Shown here in pieces: positions 53,160 to 64,000 of a stretch of DNA of 64,000 bases. Both the position numbers and the translations under genes were made by a program. Source of the stretch: Macrostomum lignano (Eukaryota); contig NIVC01000474.1 of NCBI GenBank assembly GCA_002269645.1, forward strand, positions 1-64,000, read 5' to 3'. Numbering within the stretch: the first letter of the stretch is position 1; each line of letters begins with the position of its first letter. The notes beneath the pieces are model-generated. The model had not been told where the DNA came from. It worked only from the letters and a program-made list of their open reading frames with translations, and searched no databases.

Positions 53160-53734
53160 ATGACATTACAGTGTCCCCCTGACATCCGGTTGTGTACCTG
53201 ACTGCTTTCTCGACATCCCGATCCCCATTTGCTCCCCTCCCTGACACCCAATTTTTCAAATTCCTGTCTTATAAGATTTGCTATCTATAGATGGATACAG
53301 TAAAACCGCTTTTGGAGAATCAATATCAGCTATTTTTGCTAACCGAGCGTTTAGATTGAGTCTCGATTATGCTTCACAAATTAACTGATATTGTTGCCAT
53401 TCAACTTTCAATGCTTTCACATTGAGATGTTTTGTGTCATTTTTCAGCAACTTTCTTTCACAAAAGCAAATACAGAGGTGTATACATATACGTTACTTGC
53501 TATTTTTTCACGTTGTTTTCTACAATCTGCTCTGCGGTCATTCATTATTTAGAACAAGTACATGTAGACTTTTAAATTTAAAACCACTAATTATTACTTA
53601 GATTTTGTGTACATGTAAATCTTAGATAAGTTTAAGAAGGTCCCTGGAGTGAAGACGTCAAATTACATGTCACAACAGGCCAAAGTTGTCCTGCTGCTGT
53701 TAATGAAGAACAAGAAAAAATCTTTACTTCCCGG

Positions 53735-55712
53735 TGATTGGACCGGATCAGCAGGCACTTCCGGTTGATAATTCCAGCTGATTGGACCAGATCAGCATGC
53801 ACTTCCGGTTGAGAATTCCAGCTGATCGGACCGGATCAGCAGGCACTTCCGGTTGAGAATTCCAGCTGATCGGACCGGATCAGCAGGCACTTCTGGTTGA
53901 GAATTCCAGCTGATCGGACCGGATCAGCAGGCACTTCCGGTTGAGAATTCCAGCTGATTGGACCAGATCAGCAGGCACTTCCGGTTGAGAATTCCAGCTG
54001 ATCGGACCGGATCAGCAGGCACTTCCGGTTGAGAATTCCAGCTGATCGGACCGGATCAGCAGGCACTTCCGGTTGAGAATTCCTGCTGATCGGACCGGAT
54101 CAGTAGGCACTTCCGGTTGAGAATTCCTGCTGATCGGACCGGATCAGTAGGCACTTCCGGTTGAGAATTCCTGCTGATCGGACCGGATCAGCAGGCACTT
54201 CCGGTTGAGAATTCCAGCTGATCGGACCGGATCAGCAGGCACTTCCGGTTGAGAATTCCAGTTGATTGGATCGGATTCAGTTGGCACTTCCGGTTGAGAA
54301 TTCCTGCTGATCGGACCGGATCAGCAGGTACTTCCGGTTGAGAATTCCAGCTGATCGGACCGGATCAGCAGGCACTTCCGGTTGAGAATTCCAGTTGATT
54401 GGATCGGATTCAGTTGGCATTTCCGGTTGAGAATTCCAGTTGATTGGATCGGATTCAGTTGGCACTTCCGGTTGAGAATTCCAGCTGATTGGATAGGAAC
54501 AGCTTGCACTTCCGGTTGAGAATTCCAGCTGATTGGACCAGATCAGCAGGCACTTCCGGTTGAGAATTCCAGCTGATCGGACCGGATCAGCAGGCACTTC
54601 CGGTTGAGAATTCCAGCTGATCGGACCGGATCAGCAGGCACTTCCGGTTGAGAATTCCTGCTGATCGGACCGGATCAGTAGGCACTTCCGGTTGAGAATT
54701 CCTGCTGATCGGACCGGATCAGTAGGCACTTCCGGTTGAGAATTCCTGCTGATCGGACCGGATCAGCAGGCACTTCCGGTTGAGAATTCCAGCTGATCGG
54801 ACCGGATCAGCAGGCACTTCCGGTTGAGAATTCCAGTTGATTGGATCGGATTCAGTTGGCACTTCCGGTTGAGAATTCCTGCTGATCGGACCGGATCAGC
54901 AGGCACTTCCGGTTGAGAATTCCAGCTGATCGGACCGGATCAGCAGGCACTTCCGGTTGAGAATTCCAGTTGATTGGATCGGATTCAGTTGGCACTTCCG
55001 GTTGAGAATTCCAGTTGATTGGATCGGATTCAGTTGGCACTTCCGGTTGAGAATTCCAGCTGATTGGATAGGAACAGCTTGCACTTCCGGTTGAGAATTC
55101 CAGTTGATTGGATCGGATTCAGTTGGCACTTCCGGTTGAGAATTCCAGCTGATTGAACCGGAACAGCTTGCACTTCCGGTTGAGAATTCCAGCTGATTGG
55201 ATCGGAACAGCTTGCACTTCCGGTTGAGAATTCCAGCTGATCGGACCGGATCAGCAGGCACTTCCAGTTGAGAATTCCAGCTGATTGGATAGGAACAGCT
55301 TGCACTTCCGGTTGAGAATTCCAGTTGATTGGATCGGATTCAGTTGGCACTTCCGGTTGAGAATTCCAGCTGATTGAACCGGAACAGCTTGCACTTCCGG
55401 TTGAGAATTCCAGCTGATTGGATCGGAACAGCTTGCACTTCCGGTTGAGAATTCCAGCTGATTGGATCGGAACAGCTTGCACTTCCGGTTGAGAATTCCA
55501 GTTGATTGGATCGGATTCAGTTGGCACTTCCGGTTGAGAATTCCAGCTGATTGGACCGGAACAGCTTACACTTCCGGTTGAGAATTCCAGCTGATTGGAT
55601 CGGAACAGCTTGCACTTCCGGTTGAGAATTCCAGCTGATCGGACCGGATCAGCAGGCACTTCCGGTTGGGAATTCCAGCTGATTGGACCGGAACAGCTGG
55701 CACTTCTGGGTG
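53735..55712. repeat. 44-45-bp minisatellite (cacttccggttgagaattccagctgatcggaccggatcagcagg)
   Basis: About 44 copies with three variant classes. Confidence 0.97.
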
Positions 55713-56784
55713 GTCTAACTGACAAGTTTAAATCTGAACGACTCTGAACTTTATTCGAGTCAAAATTCAGCGGTCAGAGCAAGGATTTCAACTAAGAAAA
55801 ACAAATCATATAGGATATATAGGATATATAGGTTGCACTCACAGCGTAATTAGATTTCATATTAATTTATTATTCACAATAAAACATCGTTCTCGCCGTT
55901 TTAGAAGTAAAGGTTATAGCAATTAAGCAATTGCTCGTTAAAGCATTGGAGGAACTGTAACTAATGATCAGTGATTCAACAATGAGATTTATTAACAATA
56001 ATAGTTATAATTAATTAATTTAATCATTTTAAAGCTACTAAAAATCGCAACAGCTTCAGAAAAAACACACAACGATTTCTAATAGATAAATAGAGATTTG
56101 TAAAATAACTTTATATTAAAAACAGCGCACACTACTTGTAGTAGGCAGAACACGCGCATAAAAAAGAAAAATCATAAAATTTAATTTTTGCTGGTTTGGG
56201 AATTAAAAAAGCTGATTAAAAAAAACTGGATTAGCAGGTGCGAGCCTTTCAATCGAAGGAATTTTGCCAAGAAGTCGGGAGTTCTTGTTCAATAACAATT
56301 TAATTATACACAGAAAAAACTGTTTGTATAAAATTTGATTTCAGAAGAGCATACAGCAAATTTGTTGTTGCTGCCAGCAATGTTCATAGTGCGGATTGAA
56401 TATCAGAACTCTCTACAGCCAAAAATTAGAGCAAGCAGATGAAATAAACTGCCACCTTCACGCAGGTCTGGCTACGGTTGATCAACGTTCGACGATCAAA
56501 ACTTGGCCATAGAGAAGCGAGATTCGAACCCGGGCCGGCCAAGGGTCCCGACCAGCAGCAGCCGCCCAAACCTCTTGTCAGAATTTCATCTCCGAGGCTC
56601 GGTGGCCAAAAGCCATGGCGCCACCGGCTGGGCGGCTTCAACGTCGGAGGAGACAAAAAACGAAAAAAAAACATTTTGACGCAAACCAACAGGGTTGCGG
56701 CCGCGGGTTCTCGTCGCATCTGGCCGAGATTCGAACTTCGAACTTCTTATTAATCTATTCTAAAATCTTGTAATGATCTATTTT

Positions 56785-57228
56785 AGTACAACCCGTAACT
56801 AGAGTAATTATAGCCGTTGCTAAGGGAAGCTATCGCCTCGACGCATTCCGTAACTAAGGTAATTATATTGGTTGCTAAGGGAAGCTATCGCCTTGAGGCA
56901 ACCCGTAACTAAGGTAATTATATTGGTTGCTAAGGGAAGCTGTCGCCTCGGGGCAACCCGTAACTAAGGTACCAGTAATTGTATTGGTTGCTAAGGGAAG
57001 CTATCGCCTCGGGGCAACCCGTAACTAAGGTAATTATATTGGTTGCTAAGGGAAGCTGTCGCCTCGGGGCAACCCGTAACTAAGGTAATTGTATTGGTTG
57101 CTAAGGGAAGCTATCGCCTCGGGGCAACCCGTAACTAAGGTAATTATATTGGTTGCTAAGGGAAGCTATCGCCTTGAGGCAACCCGTAACTAAGGTAATT
57201 ATATTGGTTGCTAAGGGAAGCTATCAAC
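56785..57228. repeat. 55-bp minisatellite (caacccgtaactaaggtaattatattggttgctaagggaagctatcgcctcgggg)
   Basis: About 8 copies downstream of the Argonaute gene. Confidence 0.93.
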
Positions 57229-57576
57229 ATAGACGGTTAAAAAAATCACACGCAACTAAGCTAAACAAACGCGGTTGCTAAGGAGAAAAGTACATAAAGA
57301 AGGGATAAAAGACGCGCTGTCGCCATTGCAATAACAATAACACTACCACACACAACAGTTAAAAAAATTGACGCATTTTTATTGTAATCAAAAGTGATCA
57401 GAAAAAATGAATAGATACAAACAAATAAAAACAATGTGAATTTATACACTGACGCTGCCCAAAAGCTAAAATATGAAGACTGGGCTGGTTTAATTATTGT
57501 TGTTAACAGTGGGCAAAAAAATCTTTAGTGAATAAATAGCAGTTGAGTTGATTTTTACAGAATCAAAAACCCTCCT

Positions 57577-60500
57577 TCAAGCGAAGTACATGACCCGCAT
57601 GGTCTCGGGGTGCACGGTGACCGCACGCAGCATGGCGGTAGGGGTCCGCTCGTCCGAGTTGCCGCTCTTCTGCGAGCCTTCGCCCGAGTCGACCTCCTTC
57701 TCAACCAGGTGGTAGCGAGCCCGGAAGGCCACCAGGTGAGCATAGTAGGCTGGAGCCGGGATGCTCACGGAGCGGGTGCAGCGGACATAGGTATGACACA
57801 GCTGGTAGGTCAGCACCTGCAGCTCATCGGCTGAGAACTTGTTGTCGTCCCACAATACGTGATAGTGCGATGGCCGGCTGGTGCCCTGCAGGTTCGGGTT
57901 GGGGATTCGTTTTAGTAGTTACATCCGCTGTTAAGTGACGTAACTATGGTAATTAGACAATGCAGCTTGATACGTTGCCGACATAAAGATTAATAAATTG
58001 AGATGTAACTAAGATAAACAAAAGTCGTTTCTAAGATGGAAAACACAGATTTTAACAGTCGTAACTAAGGTAAACAAAATACTTTGGTAAGATAGAAAAC
58101 ACCAACTAAGGTAAACAAAATTCGTTGCTGAGATAGAAGACAGATTTAAACAGTCGTAACTAAGGTAAACAAAGGCCGTTGCTAAGATGAGGAAGACACA
58201 TTTAAACAGCCGTAACTAAGGTAAACAAAATTCGTTGCTGAGATAGAAGACAGATTTAAACAGTCGTAACTAAGGTAAACAAAGGCCGTTGCTAAGATGA
58301 GGAAGACACATTTAAACAGCCGTAACTAAGGTAAACAAAATTCGTTGCTGAGATAGAAGACAGATTTAAACAGTCGTAACTAAGGTAAACAAAGGCCGTT
58401 GCTAAGATGACGAAGACACATGTAAAAAACGCAACTAAGGTAAACAAAATTCATTGCTAAGATGAGGAAGACAGATTTAAGCAGCCGTAACTATGGTAAA
58501 CAAAGTTCGTTGTTAAGATAGAAGACGATTTAAACAGTCGTAACTAAGGTAAACAAAAGCCGTTGCTAAGATGAGGAAGACACATTTTAAAAACGTAACT
58601 AAGGTAAACAAAATTCATTGCTAAGATGAGAAAGACAGGTTTTAACAGCCGTAACTAAGGCAAACAAAAGCCGTTGCTAAGCACAGCAACAGAAGACTTG
58701 CCTGAATGCCAGCGTGGCTGCACAGATAGAAGTCGAACTCGGTGGGATGAGTAATCGTCTGATCAACGGTGGTGCCAGCCGGGATGTTGCCGCTGCGGCC
58801 AGTCTTGTCCTTGGCGTCGGCGCAGAACAGGCGAGTGTGATGGCGCTTCTGCACGGCGATGAAGGTTATGCCGGGCTGGTAGCCCAGCTCCAGCCTGGTG
58901 CAGGCCTCGCGCAGTGCCCGAAGCTCATGGGACTGAACAGCTTGGAACTGGCCTTCGCTAACGCCGTCTCGATAGTACACAATCCTAGTAGGCTTGAACC
59001 GGGTGCTGCGATAAAAGTGCAACAGCAATTCCCGGACCATGGTGCACAGTTCGGTGATCTTCTCTTCGCGATGGCCTTGAACTCGAACGCTGGCGGCATA
59101 ACGGCTGGGATGGGCGTCCATGCTGGCAACCACGGCTGCGATGGAGGGCTTGGTTCGGTCTCCGGCTGGCGGATGCGTCACGTCGCCGCCAAGGAAGATG
59201 ACCGGCTCACGAAACACTGGCGGACGAACGCCCGGCACCAGGATGGAGTTGATGCCGCCGAGCTTGACGTTGATCTTCAGGCAGAGGTTGCTCAGCGTCT
59301 GCGGCGATGTTTTATTAACGTTGCGAGCCTGCACGCACTGGGTGGCCAGGCCGAACATGATGTCCCCCACTCGCTTCACCTCGGCGTACACCTGCGAGGA
59401 GGGGCGAGGAGGGTGATAATGTTAATTGGGCAGACATTTAGGGAATAAATTCAGTCAGTCAGTCAGTCAGTCAGTCAGTCAGTCAGTCAGTCAGTCAGTC
59501 AGTCAGTCAGTCAGTCAGTCAATCAGTCAGCGGTCTCTGGAGCCGCAGCATTATGTAGCCATAGCTACTTTAATTTGGGACACGTGTACAAAAAGTGGCT
59601 TGAAGATAAGAGTAAATAACACAAACAAAATAATTGCTTAATAAGCCACTAACCGGAGTCTTGCCGGGCAGCACCACCACAATGAGCTGCAGTCCGTGAA
59701 ACATATTCTTCAGATAGCGGAACATCGGCTCCACCTGGTCCTGGCCGTTGGCGTACTTGCAGAAGCAGGGCTGACCGGTGATGGCCATGCCGGCATCCTG
59801 GCTGATCCGCTGCAGCTGCTGGGTGAACTGCCTCAGCGAGTCCTCGCGCACCGTGCGCTGGGCGGCGAAACAGGCGATGGCCCAGACTTTGATCTCGATG
59901 CCGGCAAAGAACTGCTTGCCGCGCATGTCCCAAACCCCCTGCTGGGGCAGCGCCTGGGCCCGGGTGCGGCCGCCGTATTGGATCTTTGGTGCCGGTAGGA
60001 CCCGGCCACCGATGTCGGCCATGCGGGTCTGGACCTGGACAAATGTGCACAGATATTTTGTGAAACTATTTATACAATCATACTCACGCAATCCTCCCCT
60101 GATTTTCACCGGCCATGCGACTTACTTATGAAAGAAAACTAAGAAAAAATTAACGTATTTTTAAGTAAACGGCTGGAGTAACTATAGCACACAGCCCCCT
60201 GCCTCTATCTAAAAAAGGATCAGAGTGGAGTACATAGGGCCCAACAGCGGGCCCTCTTAAATCCCAAAGCAATGACCCTCCAAAGTAACTAAAATCTTAG
60301 CTCATATTCATGCAAATTTCTAGAAAAAGAAACTTACCTGTATGCCAAACGTTTGCAGATGATTATCGTGACTAAAGTTGGCCTTCCTAACCAAATTATT
60401 GATCTCGCGTTCTCGGTCCGGAGCCGACCTAGCCGTAGCTTTAATCATCGTTGAAGTCTGCGAATCCGTCAGCTTCTTGATGCAGCGCTGCCCGCTGACA

Positions 60501-62863
60501 ATGTTGCACACCTCCAATGGCAGGTAGGTGTGCTTGTTCTCTTGGCCAACCTGTATGAGTGTAGTGCATGATGTTTTGAGCCAATTAATACCTTATAGAC
60601 TTTGTAGATTTTAATTTATCCTTTCAATGGAACCCGAGCTACAAAAGAGTGCCAGCTACAAAGGGGAGCTAGCTGCAGAAGGGTAAGGCGCCAGCTGCAG
60701 AAGGGTAAGGCGCCAGCTGCAGAAGGGTAAGGCGCCAGCTGCAGAAGGGTAAGGCGCCAGCTGCAGAAGGGTAAGGCGCCAGCTGCAGAAGGGCAAGGCG
60801 TCAGCTACAGAAGGGCAAGGCGCCAGCTGCAGAAGGGCAAGGCGCCAGCTACAAAGGGGAGCTAGCTGCAGAAGGGCAAGGCGCCAGCTACAGAAGGGCA
60901 AGGCGCCAGCTGCAGAAGGGCAAGGCGCCAGCTACAAAGGGGAGCTAGCTGCAGAAGGGCAAGGCGCCAGCTGCGGAAGGGCAAGGCGCCAGCTGCGGAA
61001 GGGCAAGGCGCCAGCTGCAGAAGGGCAAGGCGCCAGCTGCGGAAGGGTAAGGCGCCAGCTGCAGAACGGCAAGGCGCCAGCTGCAGAAGGGCAAGGCGCC
61101 AGCTGCGGAAGGGTAAGGCGCCAGCTGCAGAAGGGCAAAGCGCCAGCTGCGGAAGGGTAAGGCGCCAGCTACAGAAGGGCAAGGCGCCAGCTGCAGAAGG
61201 GCAAGGCGCCAGCTGCGGAAGGGTAAGGCACCAGCTACAGAAGGGCAAGGCGCCAGCTACAGAAGGGTAAGGCGCCAGCTACAGAAGGCCAAGGCGCCAG
61301 CTGCAGAAGGCCAAGGCGCCACGCCAGCTACAGAAGGGCAAGGCGCCAGCTACAGAAGGGCAAGGCGCCAGCTACAGAAGGGCAAGGCGCCAGCTACAGA
61401 AGTGCAAGGGGCAATTCTCGTGCTCTATCTGCTCATATCAATCCAGTGAATTTCAGCTCACCTGCAGACAGGGCAGCATCGGATAGCGCAGTCGCATGCG
61501 GTACCTCTCGGCAAAGTACTTGGCAACAGTGCAATCAACAGTTTGGCCATTCTCCATCTGCAATGGAAAGCTCTGCGCGCTAGCCGACCTGCGCGTCACA
61601 TTGCAGACCCGGTACTTGCGCCGCATCTGGCCGCAGTGAGTGATCTCCACCTTCAGACCTTTAATCTCTTTGGTGAACTTCACCCGATTGCAGTCGCTCA
61701 AAGGTCGCCTATCAAACTCTTCTAGATCTGGCAGTTCGAGCACGTCGCGCAGAAAATCGCAGACACTCTGCGCCTTGTAGAAGGCGGTGGCAGACACGTC
61801 GATGTTGAGCATCATCTTCCAGTGGCTGGGCCGCACGCTCTGGTGGAAGCCGAACCAAACTTCGCGACCGTTGCCCAGCGGGTGGTCGGTGGAGTCCTGG
61901 TCGGGCTGCTGGAAGAATGACCGGCCAACTGGGGTGTACTGCAGGCTGGGCAGGTGGCGCATGATCACGTCCAATGCGTTCACAGCATCCGCCGGGATGT
62001 TCCGGCGACGGCCTTCGAGAGCCTCTTCAAGGGCGAACAGCGAGACCTCGCCGAGATACTTCAGCGACACGCGGAACACCCGGTCCTTGCTGCTGCCCTC
62101 GCCCGGCAGGGTCACCTCCAGTTCCAGACGATCCGTGCCAAACGGCAGCGGGTCCCGGGTGTACAGATTCTTGCGACCGTCGAACACGGGGCGCTGGTTG
62201 AAGAACACAGTCTGATGGTGCATGGAGTTCACCATTGTGTTGATGATCTCGCGGTTCACTCGTCGGGGGCATTTGTCCGGCGTAATGTTCACGTCGTAGT
62301 GATGCAGGAAGCCTTTCGGCAAGCGAATTTCGAAGTGGTTGGCCCGCAGGCTGATGTGCCGACCCTCCTGACCGCGGCCCGGACGCGCCGGCGGCTGGAA
62401 AATGATCGACGGTGGGGACGGCTCGCCGGAGTCGCTGCCGCCGCCATAGCCGGAGCCGGCGCCCGAGGAGCCGGAGTTGCCCGCGCCAGGCGGCGTCGGA
62501 GGCGGCGCGTTGAAGTTTTGCAGTTGATTTGTTGATACTATGATAATGAGGGTTTTTTCACAGGTGATGAGTCAGAGCTCGTAAGTGAGACAAAGGCACA
62601 CTTACATAGCAAGGACTACATATAAGGAAAGATCTACTTAAAATAATGGTCGTTTGCAGCCAATGTGAACCTATTTATTGTAAATTATTTGAAAAATCTC
62701 TAACTATTAGTATTACACATATCCCTATCGGAAAAATTAGGCCTAACTATTGCATCGAAACAAAGAGAAGTAAGATTAAGAACAAGAAGTAACAGCCTAA
62801 TTAGGTACAAAAGTTAGAGAAGTAGCAAGACGACTTACAAAATCCACTGCCTGTAAGCGACAT
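57577..62863 (-). CDS. AGO2: Argonaute (miRNA-class, AGO2-like), ~897 aa; exons 62839..62863 (tentative), 61462..62537, 60338..60550, 59654..60034, 58702..59391, 57577..57885
   Basis: N domain ([14 protein letters not shown]), PAZ ([27 protein letters not shown]|[15 protein letters not shown]), MID (LPGKTP|[10 protein letters not shown]), PIWI ([30 protein letters not shown]|[23 protein letters not shown]). Splice phases are consistent. Exon 1 is a guess. Confidence 0.95.
57925..58680. repeat. 54-56-bp minisatellite with a 110-bp dimeric higher-order period in Argonaute intron 5
   Basis: gtaactaaggtaaacaaaa recurs at 58212, 58266 and 58322 with alternating variants. Confidence 0.9.
59452..59529. 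repeat. (CAGT)n microsatellite in Argonaute intron 4
   Basis: Read directly. Confidence 0.95.
60650..61405. repeat. 22-bp minisatellite (ggcgccagctgcagaagggcaa) in Argonaute intron 2
   Basis: Tandem copies. Confidence 0.95.
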
Positions 62864-64000
62864 AGCAAAATCAGCTGCATTGTGGTACATAAAGTTTGGG
62901 CTTTGTGGCGGGAAATATTCATTAGTTCCGACTACAGCCATTGCTAACTAAATTCCGCTGCCGGAGTTTGATAAAAAGCTGAAAATTGAGAAATAAAAAA
63001 GCCAGGAAAAACAAAATTTAAAAGCAGCACAAAAAGCTTAAAATTAAAAAATTAACAATTATTGTGTTCGCCTCTTAAAAATACTACAAAAATCAAATAC
63101 TTTAACCTTTCAGGCAAGGAAGTTGACAATATACATAAAAAGTATAGTATACTTTGTTTAAACTATCACTTCTAAGAATATTGGCAAAATACAAACAAGA
63201 TTAAGCGTGCGATTTATAATTTAAAATTTAGATCCGCTTTTACCTAGGCCTATTAAAATTTGGCCTTTTTATTTTTCTGACACCAAAACGGAACCATTTC
63301 ACGATGTTTAACTTTTTGTCTCCTAAATTTAAATGTTTTGACCTTAGTATTTTTACAGGATTTATTAAGTAGATGTCTATGTTTCGTGATTCTAAGATCC
63401 ATGATTCAAAACTTAATTTTTTGGTTTAGTGTTTCTGTGTGTGAGGCTATATATATATTGGCAGTGTTGGGCACCAGTTCGTTAATTAGCGTTAATCCGT
63501 TAATAAACGTTAAGATTTTCATTAACAACAATGGACTGCCATTATTCCATTAAGATTTTTTAAAATAACGGATTAACGAATTTGCATTCAAAATTTTGTG
63601 AGTTAACAACAAATTCACTGTTAATGTTAATGGCAATGTCGATGACCAACGATGGCAAAGATGCAAATAAAGAACAAAATATAAGTCTGAAGAGAAGTTA
63701 CAACATTACACAAATGTATTTGAATTTACCTAAATGCCGAATTAATATTTTTGTTTATGATAATGATCATGCAAATGTAACTACTTCTTACTAGGCCTAA
63801 TGAACTTTAATAATGAATAAAAATGGTAAATTTTATTGCTTGTGCGTGAGCATCGATTGCTTTGATTAACTTCTTTGTTGCACCTGCTAATGCTACTGAA
63901 ACAACCTATTCATATTTTATTAATAAATAATTAGATTCCAAGTTTCAAATATATAAGTTAATTCTTGTACCTTATGCTTTTAGTAATAATTTACCTACAT

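Noticed and set aside
56505-56560. B-box-like GGTTCGAATC on the minus strand as a tRNA or SINE (similar motif near 25842)
   Set aside because: No A box at the proper distance and no cloverleaf could be drawn.

Overview
Eukaryotic (animal) genomic DNA, not prokaryotic. GC-rich exons with poly-Ala/Gln/Gly tracts alternate with AT-rich spacers and more than 25 different micro/minisatellite arrays. This style suggests a macrostomid flatworm such as Macrostomum, but the species call is inference only. Eight host genes can be reconstructed by hand: an intronless secreted GH3 glycosidase (-), an orphan beta-propeller-like gene (-, 5' end not found), an ANKRD63-like ankyrin gene (+), an 8-exon cAMP-receptor-like GPCR (-), a 4-exon 3CxxC/RTP-family zinc-binding protein (+), a CBM21 PP1 glycogen-targeting subunit (-), intronless TTLL7 (+) and a miRNA-class Argonaute with an intact catalytic tetrad and a GC-AG intron (-). 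Mobile DNA comprises the 3' part of an RNase H-bearing LINE, a Tc1/IS630-like transposon, two CAAGGAC-terminated elements with perfect 8-bp TSDs (907 bp and 62 bp) and an 83-bp MITE. Several frameshifts look like single-base losses in C/G runs and are probably assembly errors. The most unusual features are relations between repeats and gene structure: a splice donor amplified into a ~23-copy minisatellite, exons bracketed by related direct or inverted arrays, a satellite born inside one transposon TIR, and a GPCR gene whose exons switch from ~32% to ~70% GC. No CRISPR array, rRNA or tRNA gene is supported, and I cannot claim a new multi-gene system from the sequence alone.
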